A stretch of 64,000 nt of DNA from Phycisphaerae bacterium (lineage in GTDB: Bacteria > Planctomycetota > Phycisphaerae > UBA1845), in contig CAXXGO010000001.1 in the NCBI GenBank assembly GCA_963666835.2, positions 256,001 through 320,000 of the forward strand, written 5' to 3'. The notes beneath the pieces were generated by a model, which saw only the letters and a program-made list of their open reading frames with translations, did no database searches and had not been told where the DNA came from. A program made the position numbers and the translations under genes. Below are positions 54,006 through 63,970 of the stretch, in pieces (the first letter of the stretch is position 1; every line of letters starts with the position of its first letter).

Positions 54006-55085
54006 ATGCGAATCTCAACTTCTGCAGAATGTGGGTTGGTCGTACTGGCCGCGGTAGTCGGTCTGGTTGCGATTGCGCCTGAAGCGAACGCGTGCGAACT
54101 CCGCTGGCAGCCGGTGGGCGCTTCGGGTTTCCATACGATTGTTGACAATACCGGCGATCCCGGCACGCCGTCGGTGATCGGCCTGCCTGAAGGCGGGGTA
54201 ACGGTGGAGCTCGAGTTACAGGTGAGCGGCTGGCGCTACTATCCCGGAACACCGCCACTCGGTGCCTATCAGGGTACCGTTGACTCGACAAGCTACTCGA
54301 CCGGTGCCGGAGATCCTCTTGTCCCGCTTGGCTGGCCCGGTAGCCCCGAGGATGGCTGCTACATCGACGTCGACCGGCCGGACTTCGTGTTTTTCGATCT
54401 GACGCCGGTGGCCGCCGTTGACGTGACCACCCTCAACTACGAATTGGGCTCCACGTCCCTCGGCGGGTTTCCCGCGGATGACGGAACCAGAACCTACGGT
54501 GGGACGGTCATCCTCGAGGTCCCCGCTGGCGCGGCCGGTGACTACACGGTTACCCTGCTGGCAGATTGGAACAAGACGTTCATGTTTTTCCCGTTGGAAG
54601 ACCCGCCCGGGCCCTTCTGGTTGCGAACAGCGGCCATCATCTCCGTCGGGGACTGCCAGGCTAACGGCATTGCCGACGTCGATGACATTGCCGGCGGGAC
54701 GAGCGTGGACTGCAACGGCGATTTGATTCCCGACGAATGCCAGCCGGAGCTTGATTACGACGGCGATGGGGTGCTGGATCCGTGCGACCCTTGCCCGTTG
54801 GATAATCCCGACGATACGGACGGGGACGGAGCGTGTGATTCCGACGACGTCTGCCCGGGCCTGGACGATTTTGCCGACGCGGACGGTGACACCGTGCCCG
54901 ATTGCCTCGATCAGTGTCCCGGGGACGACGATAGCGTCGACGCTAATCATGACGGCATCCCCGATTGTCTCCAGAGCATTCCGACGACTTCGCAATGGGG
55001 CTTGATCGTTCTCGCTCTGCTGCTCCTGGCGGCCGGAAAGGTCTACTTCGGAACCCGCCCCCAACGCGCGGCCGACGCCGGCTGA
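54006..55085 (+). CDS. Secreted TSP3-repeat protein with IPTL-CTERM (paralogue 2)
   Basis: Same RBS/start context and architecture; ends SIPTTSQWGLIVLALLLLAAGK. Confidence 0.85.
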   Translation: MRISTSAECGLVVLAAVVGLVAIAPEANACELRWQPVGASGFHTIVDNTGDPGTPSVIGLPEGGVTVELELQVSGWRYYPGTPPLGAYQGTVDSTSYSTGAGDPLVPLGWPGSPEDGCYIDVDRPDFVFFDLTPVAAVDVTTLNYELGSTSLGGFPADDGTRTYGGTVILEVPAGAAGDYTVTLLADWNKTFMFFPLEDPPGPFWLRTAAIISVGDCQANGIADVDDIAGGTSVDCNGDLIPDECQPELDYDGDGVLDPCDPCPLDNPDDTDGDGACDSDDVCPGLDDFADADGDTVPDCLDQCPGDDDSVDANHDGIPDCLQSIPTTSQWGLIVLALLLLAAGKVYFGTRPQRAADAG

Positions 55086-55133
55086 CCGACATGGGCCAAC
55101 AGGTTGCCCCATGACATGATGTTAGCATCATTT

Positions 55134-56030
55134 GTAGGGCATGGTCGAGGTACGAGACCTGCCGCGGAGGCGCGCGGGTGCCATCCATCCCGACGTTTGC
55201 CAGGCTGGAGCAGCCACACCGCCTCACCGCCGGGACGGGTGGGCGACGGATTGGGATCGTAAGGAGACTCGCATTCCCAAGACCAAGTAGGGCATGGTCG
55301 AGGTACGAGACCTGCCACGAAGGCGCGCGTCGCCCAGCAGTTACGGTAGGTCTCGTCCCTCGACGCTGCCCTACAGGATGCTCAGGCGGGCTCCGCAAGC
55401 CGAACGCTGTTGTGCAACCCACTTCGGGGTTGGTGCGGAAGGGGGCTTGTGACCCAGGGTGGCACTAAAGCGGCTACGCCGCTTCGTTTACCCTGGGCTT
55501 TGTTGTTCAACGCCTTCGGCGTAAGTTCGAAAGGCGCACATCGTGCGAAGACCACGGCAGGTCTCGTGCCTCGACCATGCCCTACACCTGCCTATGCAGC
55601 CCTACCCATACCGGCGGCGTTATCTGTCATACTGACGGGTGCCGTGGTCCACGCTTGCGTGGCCATGAAGGTTCTTTGGGTAGGCCGAGTGCGAGGGTGT
55701 CAACGTCGTCGCGCGGCCGCGCGACAAACCGTCCCGAAGGGCCGGAGGACGATTAGCGGAATCGCGCGAAAACCGAGTGCAGGCAGGATGCCTACGCTAC
55801 CCGAAGACCACGGCAGGTCTCGTGCCTCGACCATGCCCTACACCCGCTACGCTACGCGAAAACCAACGGCAGGTCTCGTCCCTCGACCATGACCTACACC
55901 CGCCGACGCTTCTCTGCGAGGGCGTTTGCGTAATCAGAAGACGCGCGTCGCGCAGCAGTTACGGCAGGTCTCGCGCCTCGACGCTGCCCTACACCCGCCT
56001 GTGCAGCCCTACCCATACCGGCGGCGTTCG
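55134..56030. repeat. REP cluster (seven GTAG REPs) including direct-repeat copy 2
   Basis: Copies at ~55134, 55287, 55345, 55556, 55812, 55868 and 55963. Confidence 0.85.
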
Positions 56031-56055
56031 GTTACTATCGATGAGCGCCGATCCC

Positions 56056-56925
56056 TTACCAGATTCTGATTGTCCCGTTGTGGGTCTCGACCGTCAGGAG
56101 CCCGGTTCCGGCACCGAGGGTACCGACCAGCATCCGGCGTGACGCCGACTTGTCGGTCAGCGGCAGTTGGCACGTAATTCGGCCGTTCGCGGTATTCGCG
56201 CGCAGCCGGGTCGACGCGTCGTCGCCGACAATAAGGTGAACCGCTCCATTGCGGGTGTCGATCGCCCCGTGCGGTGCCAGACAGTCACGGAGATCGGCCT
56301 GCACCGACCCGTTGTGTGTCACTAACTTGACATCTTGACCACTGAAAGTCGCCTCGATTTCGCCGTTGTGAGTCTCGGCGTGCAGGCGATCGCCTTTGGT
56401 CTCCAGGATGAGGCGCCCGTTGTGGCTAGTCGCCGTAACGGCGGCCGCCATCCCCCTCGCGTCGATATACCCGTTGTGCGTAGTGAGATCCAACCGAACA
56501 TCCTCTGCCACCGTAATCTCGAAACTGACCTTCGCGCTCCAAGTACGCGCTCTGGGACGCGCCCACCGCCAGCCGACCCGGTAGCTTCCTCCTTTGGCCG
56601 GCTCGACGAACGTCTCTATTGCGGCCATGGCCGCTTCGGCGTCCTGGTGGGTGCATCCCCCCGCCTTCTTGATCACCCTGACCGTTCCCACCTCCCCGAC
56701 CGGCGCGCCGGTACATGTTATGGAACCGTTGTGGGTACGCACTTCAAGGGCGGTGACCTCCCCGAGTTCAACTGCTTCCCGAGCCTCATCGGTTACCGTT
56801 CGCGCAACGTCCAGCGATCTGGTTTCGGTCTGCACGACCCACGCGGACGGCCCGCCCCTGCACCCGGCCAGGGCTAGCCCCATCAACAAGATCGCGATCC
56901 CGACGAATCTGAAACAAGTTGTCAT
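56056..56925 (-). CDS. DUF4097-type beta-strand repeat lipoprotein
   Basis: LAGC lipobox, repeated THNG-x-I motifs and AAGGAG RBS. Confidence 0.85.
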   Translation of the reverse strand: MTTCFRFVGIAILLMGLALAGCRGGPSAWVVQTETRSLDVARTVTDEAREAVELGEVTALEVRTHNGSITCTGAPVGEVGTVRVIKKAGGCTHQDAEAAMAAIETFVEPAKGGSYRVGWRWARPRARTWSAKVSFEITVAEDVRLDLTTHNGYIDARGMAAAVTATSHNGRLILETKGDRLHAETHNGEIEATFSGQDVKLVTHNGSVQADLRDCLAPHGAIDTRNGAVHLIVGDDASTRLRANTANGRITCQLPLTDKSASRRMLVGTLGAGTGLLTVETHNGTIRIW

Positions 56926-57209
56926 TTTCCACTCCTTGACATCGTAACGGGCACCTACGGTCGCCCCCCGCGTCCCATATATCCCGAATTCGATCGAAAG
57001 AGGCAAGTATTTCGGCTTGGTCGAAAAGTGCCGGTTCACCTCCACAATTGCCGTCGGCGAAAGCTGCGCCTTACTCGGCATTTATTGCCTGTCCACGGAC
57101 GTAGCTGACGGTCGATAGCACAAGGTCTTGTGGTCCACTCACCTCGCGGGGCTATATGTGCCGCCTCGGGGCGCGGGCGGCTCCGACGAAGAAACGTCCG
57201 AGAAATCAC

Positions 57210-57250
57210 TTGACGTTGGGGGTTTGTTAGGTCATAATAAATACCGAACA
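57210..57250 (+). promoter_or_regulatory. Sigma70 promoter with overlapping palindrome, upstream of lexA
   Basis: TTGACG-N17-CATAAT, and TGTTAGGT-N10-ACCGAACA. Confidence 0.6.
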
Positions 57251-57645
57251 AAGGATGCACGGGCGACCAAGGATGGTAGTGCTTCGGCTTATGACCAGAG
57301 AGAACACTCAACCTTCCGGCCGCAGTCGCGACTTGCGGCAGGCCGACGCGGATTTGCCTCTCTGCGTGTTTGGCCCGGGGGGTGATTACCGCACGGCCTG
57401 GATCCCGGAGACGTCCAAGGCCGACGGGTGTAATCGTCTGGTATTGCGGTCGGCGCCGATTCTGTCGCGGCCTGCTGCAGCGCCGCCGGCAATCGTGGCG
57501 TGGTGGGCCCGATTGGGCGACACTTTGTCGGCGGCGCGAAGTGAGGCGAGGCGACTGTTGTCTTTGCGTTCTCGCTTGCAGCGCGGTCTTCTACCATTGG
57601 TGGTAACTGGGCCCGGTGGCTTGCACCCCCATGCGGAGACGGACG

Positions 57646-58281
57646 ATGGCTCGAAAGAAACGAACCGAGACGGACGAAGCCCACTGCCTTACCCCAAGGC
57701 GGATCGAGATCCTGACGTACATCCGGGACTACCGCCACAGCGAGGGCTGTTCCCCGACATTGCAGGAGATCGCCGATCATCTCGGAATCGGAAAAATCAC
57801 CGTATTCGGGCATGTCGAGGCCTTGCAGGAAAAAAAGCTGCTCACCAGGCGGTCGAACAAGGCACGCTCTTTGGAGCTGACGTCCTCGGTCCGATTGCCG
57901 GATGACCGTCCGACGATTCTGCCGCTGGTCGGGCGAATTGCGGCCGGGGCTCCCATCGAAGCAATCGAAATGCCGGATACCGTCGACCTCGAGCAGGTGT
58001 TCAGCAGCCGGTACCCGGTCCGCGCTCTCACCGTTACCGGCGACAGCATGATCGACGAGCACATCAGCGACGGCGACTTGGTCGTTTACGAAGAGCGGTC
58101 CAATGCGCGCAACGGTGATACGGTGGTCGCCCTGGTCGACGGCGAGGAAGCCACTTTGAAGAAGTTCTATAAAGAGAAGAAGCGTATCCGCCTGCAGCCC
58201 GCCAACGCCGCATACAAACCGATCTACAGCCGCGACGTTCAGATTCAGGGGGTCGTCATCGGCGTGATTCGGCGCTATTAG
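57646..58281 (+). CDS. lexA: SOS repressor LexA
   Basis: SPTLQEI HTH, IAAG cleavage site, GDSM and ATLKK. Confidence 0.95.
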   Translation: MARKKRTETDEAHCLTPRRIEILTYIRDYRHSEGCSPTLQEIADHLGIGKITVFGHVEALQEKKLLTRRSNKARSLELTSSVRLPDDRPTILPLVGRIAAGAPIEAIEMPDTVDLEQVFSSRYPVRALTVTGDSMIDEHISDGDLVVYEERSNARNGDTVVALVDGEEATLKKFYKEKKRIRLQPANAAYKPIYSRDVQIQGVVIGVIRRY

Positions 58282-58449
58282 CCGGCTTTCGCGTGGGACT
58301 TGTTTCTCGCCGACGGCCGGTCCCTCTTCGACCCACCAGGAAGGTCCGAGAACGCATCCTCGCACGGCGTTTTCGCCGGGTGCTTGCCGGGACCGTCTGC
58401 CCGCACTAGCTTGGGCGGCTCTTACTCTTCTTACTGAGAGGTTGCGCCG

Positions 58450-59853
58450 TTGGATCTGCTGGGTGTGAGAAACGTGCCCTTCATGGCTCGTCGGAACTAC
58501 TACTGCGAGTTCCGGCAATTGATCCCATGGAGCGTTCTGGCCGGCCTGGTGGAGGGGCAGTTCGCCAGTGTGGTGGTCTCGAAGACCTTCAACGGCAGCG
58601 CGCTGCTGATTGCAGTCGCAAGTGCCACACCAATGGCAGCTTTCTTGTTCAGTCTGGTGTGGGGGATGTTGTGCGTGGGGCGTCCCAAGATCCGGTTGGC
58701 GATGATCTTCGGGGCTGGGGCGGCCCTTTGCGCGGGGACCACCGCCGCCATTCCCGCCATGCCGTACGGAGCAATCTGGTTCATCGCCCAGATGGCCGCC
58801 GCCCAGATTCTGCTGGCCGGGGTAGTCACCGTGCGCTCGGCGTTCTGGAAATCCAACTTCCCGCATTCGGCAAGGGGGCAGATCACGGCCCGTCTTCAGG
58901 TAGTGCGGTTCATCGTCAGCATTCTCGTTGTTCTGGTCGCGGCCGTCTTGTGCGACCGGGATCCGGCCTCGTACCGCTATCTGTTCCCCGGCGCTGCGTT
59001 GTGCGGCTTGTGGGGGGTGGGGATGCTCCGCCGAATCCACATTCGCGGCGAGCGTAGCGAGCTGCGGGGGCACATCCGGCGAAGCGGCGATGGGAGTTTC
59101 CAAAGGGAGATCGTCGAGCCGTTCAATATAACCACGCTGCTGTCGCCCGGGCACGTGCTCGGGCAGATGTATCGTGTATTGCGCCAGGATCGGCGTTTTC
59201 GGAACTACTGCGCCGCGCAGTTGTTGATCGGTATCGCCAACCTGATGACGATTTCGATCATCGTTCTGGTCGTCTCGCGAGATCTGCAGTTGGGATACCA
59301 CTCCGAATTCTGGGTCACCCTGGTGCTGATCCAAGCTCTGCCGCGGCTGACGATGCTAGGTGGGCTACACCGCTGGGGGGTGCTCTTCGATCGCTTGGGT
59401 GTCGTTCGTTTCCGCGTGGTTAATGTCTGCTGTTGGATTATGTCCCTGCTGTTCGGTATGGTCGCCACGTTGATAACCGTTGCCAGCGATGAGTTTGGCG
59501 ATACGCAGTTTCTTCTGGCGGTGTTCTTCTTCACCATGCGGGCGCTCGTCCAGGGGCTGGCCTTCAGCGGTGGAGCCCTGGCGTGGAACCTCGGCCATCT
59601 CCATTTTGCCCGCGCCCAGGAAGCCGAAATCTACATGGGGATCCACGTATCTCTCACGGGCATGCGCGGACTGATCGCCCCGCTGGCAGGCATGTGGCTC
59701 TGGCAGACGTTCCAGGCAATCGGCTGGCCGGTGTGGTTGGTGTGGGCTCTGGCAATCAGCCTGTCCTTGGCCAGTTTGGCAATCTTCGCATCGATGGCCC
59801 GCCAGGAGAGACGTTTCGGCAGCCCCCGGCAGTCCGACGGCGTCGCAGACTAA
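58450..59853 (+). CDS. MFS transporter
   Basis: About 12 TMs, with RGQITARL and YMGIHVSLTGMRGLIAP motifs. Confidence 0.75.
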   Translation: MDLLGVRNVPFMARRNYYCEFRQLIPWSVLAGLVEGQFASVVVSKTFNGSALLIAVASATPMAAFLFSLVWGMLCVGRPKIRLAMIFGAGAALCAGTTAAIPAMPYGAIWFIAQMAAAQILLAGVVTVRSAFWKSNFPHSARGQITARLQVVRFIVSILVVLVAAVLCDRDPASYRYLFPGAALCGLWGVGMLRRIHIRGERSELRGHIRRSGDGSFQREIVEPFNITTLLSPGHVLGQMYRVLRQDRRFRNYCAAQLLIGIANLMTISIIVLVVSRDLQLGYHSEFWVTLVLIQALPRLTMLGGLHRWGVLFDRLGVVRFRVVNVCCWIMSLLFGMVATLITVASDEFGDTQFLLAVFFFTMRALVQGLAFSGGALAWNLGHLHFARAQEAEIYMGIHVSLTGMRGLIAPLAGMWLWQTFQAIGWPVWLVWALAISLSLASLAIFASMARQERRFGSPRQSDGVAD

Positions 59854-59894
59854 TCTGCGATGCTCCAGCGATTTCCACTGTGATTGCGCGCGGT

Positions 59895-61136
59895 TCAAGC
59901 GGGCTTACGGCCGGCAACTTGGCCTTGCCGGACCCCGGAAGCATACACGGCAATCGGCGGATCATCCGCGTCGAAAACATGACCCCAATCGGCCTTACGC
60001 TTCCACGAAGAAACGGGCAATACCGCCAAGTCCGCGACCTTGCCAACGGTTATCGAACCGGCCGTCTCGGCGAAACCCAAAGCCCGCGCCCCACACAACG
60101 TACCCAGAGTAATAAGGTCTTCGGGCGAAAGATCCGGATATGCGCGGTGCAGAGAACGCAGCTCGTCCAGAATCGACAAGCTCGGGTTGGAGGCCAGGCT
60201 GTCCGTCCCGATACACACGTTCACCCCACGGCGCATCATCTCGCGAAAGCGGTGTGGATCGTGCATAAAAGCATCATGGGTGCGCGGGCAATAGGCAACA
60301 CTCGCGCCCCGAGCGGCAATAAGTTCGATATCCGCGTCTGTCACATAGTTGGCATGCGCGATCACCGTCGCCGGGCCCAGGACGCCGGTCCGATCGGCGA
60401 GTTCGACCGGACCACAGCCGGATTGTGGAATCTGCTCGTCCCAGACGCCCAGCTCGCGCAGGTGATCCGCCAGCGGCCCGGTGGCGTATTGTGTAAACTC
60501 CGCCTCGTCGGCGCTTTCCGCTAGATGGATTGCCAAGGGCAACGCGCCCTCTGCTGCCCGCCGGGCACAGGCTCGCAACGCATCCGGCTCCACCGTGTAC
60601 GGGGCATGGGGTGATATGCCGATCCGGACCCGCGAGTTTGGACGCAACGCGCGGCACACGGCATCCAGCCGCGTGGCCAGCAGATCACGGCGGTTGCCGA
60701 TAGCCGCCACTTCTCCGAAAGACACACCGCGCAGCATGGAAGTGCCCAGGATCTCGCGCGTCCAATCCGGATGCCGCGTGATGTCACCGACAAGGGTCAC
60801 CCCGGCCGACACCGACTGGTCGATCCCCGCCGCTACCGCCGCCTGCACCTGTCCTCGAAGCGGCTCCTCTCTGATGGAGCGCTCTGCGACCTGCCGCAGC
60901 CATGCCACGAAACCGTCACCGGGGGGCACTTGCCCGGCCGGCCCGCTTAGCTCCAGGTGAGTGTGGGCGTTAACCAACCCCGGGCAGATCACCGCGTCAC
61001 CGAAATTCACCACCGCATCGCTCGCCAGATCGCGGGCGCGCCCCACTTGGGCAATCCGTCCATCACGGATTACGACCGCGCCGCCTTCAATCACCGGGGC
61101 GTCAACCGGCACCAGGAACCTGCTCTTGAGCATCAT
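59895..61136 (-). CDS. Amidohydrolase family (nucleoside deaminase-like)
   Basis: PGLVNAHTHLE, SPHAPYT, IHLAES and GTDSLASN. Confidence 0.88.
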   Translation of the reverse strand: MMLKSRFLVPVDAPVIEGGAVVIRDGRIAQVGRARDLASDAVVNFGDAVICPGLVNAHTHLELSGPAGQVPPGDGFVAWLRQVAERSIREEPLRGQVQAAVAAGIDQSVSAGVTLVGDITRHPDWTREILGTSMLRGVSFGEVAAIGNRRDLLATRLDAVCRALRPNSRVRIGISPHAPYTVEPDALRACARRAAEGALPLAIHLAESADEAEFTQYATGPLADHLRELGVWDEQIPQSGCGPVELADRTGVLGPATVIAHANYVTDADIELIAARGASVAYCPRTHDAFMHDPHRFREMMRRGVNVCIGTDSLASNPSLSILDELRSLHRAYPDLSPEDLITLGTLCGARALGFAETAGSITVGKVADLAVLPVSSWKRKADWGHVFDADDPPIAVYASGVRQGQVAGRKPA

Positions 61137-61215
61137 GGGCTTCGCCCGAACTCCCGCAAACGCAACGCGCTTCTTTCTAAATGACACATACACGACACTT
61201 CACCGGCATAACGCG

Positions 61216-62697
61216 TCACGCGCAAGCCGTCCCGCCCGCTGTGTCCGGCATCATCTTATGATAATCCGTGCGGAGTTGATACTGGTGCGCCGCAGCGAGC
61301 AAACGCCCTTCGGCAAAGGCGGGGCCGGCCAACTGCAGCCCGACGGGCATTCCGTCCGAATCAAACCCGCAGGGTACGCTCATCGCACAGAAGCCCCCGA
61401 GGTTGGCGGCAATCGTATGGACGTCCGTCACGTACATGTCCATCGGAACGCCCGTTTTTTCCCCCAGGCTAAACGCCGCCGTCGGTGACACCGGACCGGC
61501 AATCAAATCAACCTCCGAGAACGCCTGTTCATAATCCCGCTTGATCAGCGTTCGTACCTTGAGTGCTTTCGCATAGTAGGCGTCATAGTATCCGCTCGAG
61601 AGCACGAATGTGCCCAGCATTATCCGCCGCTTCGCCTCCGCCCCGAAGCCTTCACCCCGCGACCGGGCATAAAGATCAGCGACGTTCTCCGGTTGGTCCG
61701 TACGGTGCCCGTAATGCACGCCGTCAAACCGGGCTAGATTGCTGGAAGCTTCCGCCGAGGCGATTATGTAGTAGCACGCCACGGCATAGCGCGAGTGCGG
61801 TAGCCGAACCGGAACAACCTCCGCACCCGCACCACGCATTTCCTCGACCGCGGCCGCTACGCACTGGGCGACGGCATCGCTCGCCTCGGCAACGTCGTCG
61901 CCGCCCGCGCACACTCCAATCCGCAGCCCTTTCAACGGGCGGTCCAAACCGGCGACGTAGTCCGCTGCCAGTGAATCCACGCTCGTTGCGTCCCGTGAAT
62001 CGTGGCCGGCAATAACTCCCAACAGCAGCGCCGCATCGCGCACATTCGTAGTGATCGGGCCGATCTGATCGAGACTGCTCGCAAACGCCACGAGTCCATA
62101 ACGCGAGACCCGCCCATACGTAGGCTTGAGCCCCACGACCCCGCAATGAGCGCTAGGCTGCCGGATCGACCCGCCGGTATCGCTCCCCAGAGCCCCAGGC
62201 ACTACGCGGGCCGCCACCGCTGCGGCTGACCCACCCGACGACCCGCCGGCCACGCGCTGCAGGTTCCAGGGGTTGCGTGTGGCACCGCGAAAACCGTGCT
62301 CGGTGCTGGACCCCATCGCGAACTCGTCGAGGTTGGTCTTTCCGACGATGATCGCCCCGGCCTGCTCCAGCCGCTCCACAACCGCGGCGTTGTAGGCCGA
62401 GCGATACCCCGCCAGCATCTTCGAGCCGCACGATGTGCTCCCGAAATCCGTGCAGATGTTATCCTTGACCGCCAGGGGCACGCCCGCCAAAGGTCCCACC
62501 TCCGCACCGCGCGCCCGGGCCTTGTCAATCTGACGGGCACGCGATAACGCTCGTTCGCCGGTGCAGTCCAGAAACGCCCCGAGCCGAGAATCCTGTTCTT
62601 CCAAACGGTCGAGAGAGCGACGGACAACTTCTTCCGCGGAGCAATCTCCCGCTCGAACCCGGGCCGCAATGTCGGTAATGGTCTCGGGGAGAGTCAC
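61216..62697 (-). CDS. gatA: Asp/Glu-tRNA amidotransferase subunit A
   Basis: KTNLDEFAMGSS, GGSSGGSA, SDTGGSIRQP and KRRIMLGT...YYDAYY. Confidence 0.96.
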   Translation of the reverse strand: MTLPETITDIAARVRAGDCSAEEVVRRSLDRLEEQDSRLGAFLDCTGERALSRARQIDKARARGAEVGPLAGVPLAVKDNICTDFGSTSCGSKMLAGYRSAYNAAVVERLEQAGAIIVGKTNLDEFAMGSSTEHGFRGATRNPWNLQRVAGGSSGGSAAAVAARVVPGALGSDTGGSIRQPSAHCGVVGLKPTYGRVSRYGLVAFASSLDQIGPITTNVRDAALLLGVIAGHDSRDATSVDSLAADYVAGLDRPLKGLRIGVCAGGDDVAEASDAVAQCVAAAVEEMRGAGAEVVPVRLPHSRYAVACYYIIASAEASSNLARFDGVHYGHRTDQPENVADLYARSRGEGFGAEAKRRIMLGTFVLSSGYYDAYYAKALKVRTLIKRDYEQAFSEVDLIAGPVSPTAAFSLGEKTGVPMDMYVTDVHTIAANLGGFCAMSVPCGFDSDGMPVGLQLAGPAFAEGRLLAAAHQYQLRTDYHKMMPDTAGGTACA

Positions 62698-63005
62698 GGC
62701 TTAAGTGTCGTCCTGTTCGAGAACCCGGGGCACCGAAAGAGCGTTCCTTGTCGATCCGGGGCGTTGCGTAGAGCATGTTCCGTTGAGAGCGACGGCACAA
62801 CCTGGTCTTCGCGCAGGGCATCTGCGGAGATTGCCGGATGATCCAGGGGCAGAACGTCGGAGGTGTCCAACTCCTTGAGCCGCTCCATGTAGGCCAACAC
62901 CTGGGCCAACTGGCCCGCATATTGTGACAACTCTGTGTCGCTAATGGCCAGCCGGGCGAGATGGGCAATGTGCCGAACGGTAGTTTCATCCAATGGGGAC
63001 GCCAT
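62694..63005 (-). CDS. gatC: Asp/Glu-tRNA amidotransferase subunit C (probable 1-nt indel near the 3' end)
   Basis: VRHIAHLARL, LREDQV and ALRNAP; directly upstream of gatA. Confidence 0.92.
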   Translation of the reverse strand: MASPLDETTVRHIAHLARLAISDTELSQYAGQLAQVLAYMERLKELDTSDVLPLDHPAISADALREDQVVPSLSTEHALRNAPDRQGTLFRCPGFSNRTTLKP

Positions 63006-63490
63006 ACCGGTAAACCCTCTGCGAAGCCCTCATAGTCCAGCGAGCCAATGAGATGGTTACCTCAAGCGTAGGTGCGGTCAAGCGCGGACCGGAGCAAGCG
63101 AGCGTTGCCCTGTGACTCCAAAACAGGCTCAGCCGGAAAGGTGGCAAGATAGCAGCCGCCGGCAAGGGTGTCGCCGCCCGTGAATGGTGAAGCGCAACAG
63201 TCCAGTCAACGCTAAGCCGGGTTATTCGCGACGTTTGCACGAATGCGCACAACTTACTGTAACGGCGCCCCGTGGTTGACGTCATGGAAACACAGCGAGC
63301 TTCCACGCCAGGGACAAGCCCTGGCGCTACATTGACTCACGGCCTGGTCTTCGCTTGGATTAATAGTCCGGGCTCAATAGCCCCCATCGAACGGGGTGGG
63401 AAATCGAGAACGCGGACGCCTCCTCCCAACCTCGACGATTCGGAAGCGGCGCCGCCTGGTACGTCGTAGTTCGCCTCAGCGTGCGACTCG

Positions 63491-63970
63491 CTAGACGGTC
63501 ATATCGAGCTCGCCGCCCGTGCCGGATGGGGTGTTACCTCCGGTATCGAACGCCCCGGCTCCCGTACCGGCCACAATCGACGTTGTTGTCTGCTGGATCG
63601 AGATAGTCGTCGAGGAGCTGAAGATGCCGATATACTGCGACCGATCTCCCGCCCCGCCGGCAAGCTGGTTCATGGTCTGCTCCCCGGAGTCCTGTTGGCT
63701 GTCCAACAGGGCCATGAGGATCATCGCCGCGATCAGAAACTGCAGCAGCTTATCGGCCTCGCTGTTGCCGCCGATTGACTGCATGAACTGCTGCACCGTT
63801 GAAGAAAGCTGCGAAATGGTCTGCGAGCTTTCAATCGACGTTGCCGTCGTCGTAAGCGACGCGGAACCGGCGGTTGCCGCCCCTGCGGTGGACTGTGCGA
63901 TGTTAGCGTTCGGCTGGACGCTCGCCGCCTGGCTCGTGTAGCCGGCACTAATCGGTGAAATCGGATCCAT
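63491..63970 (-). CDS. Hypothetical Ser/Thr/Gln-rich protein
   Basis: GAGGGG RBS, 159-aa ORF with one hydrophobic helix, ends GGELDMTV. Confidence 0.6.
   Translation of the reverse strand: MDPISPISAGYTSQAASVQPNANIAQSTAGAATAGSASLTTTATSIESSQTISQLSSTVQQFMQSIGGNSEADKLLQFLIAAMILMALLDSQQDSGEQTMNQLAGGAGDRSQYIGIFSSSTTISIQQTTTSIVAGTGAGAFDTGGNTPSGTGGELDMTV

Noticed and set aside
57289..59334. 681-aa minus-strand ORF
   Set aside because: It is antisense to lexA and the MFS gene, with no motifs.
61216..63005. gatB missing after gatCA
   Set aside because: Split gatCA/gatB arrangements are common, so this is not informative.
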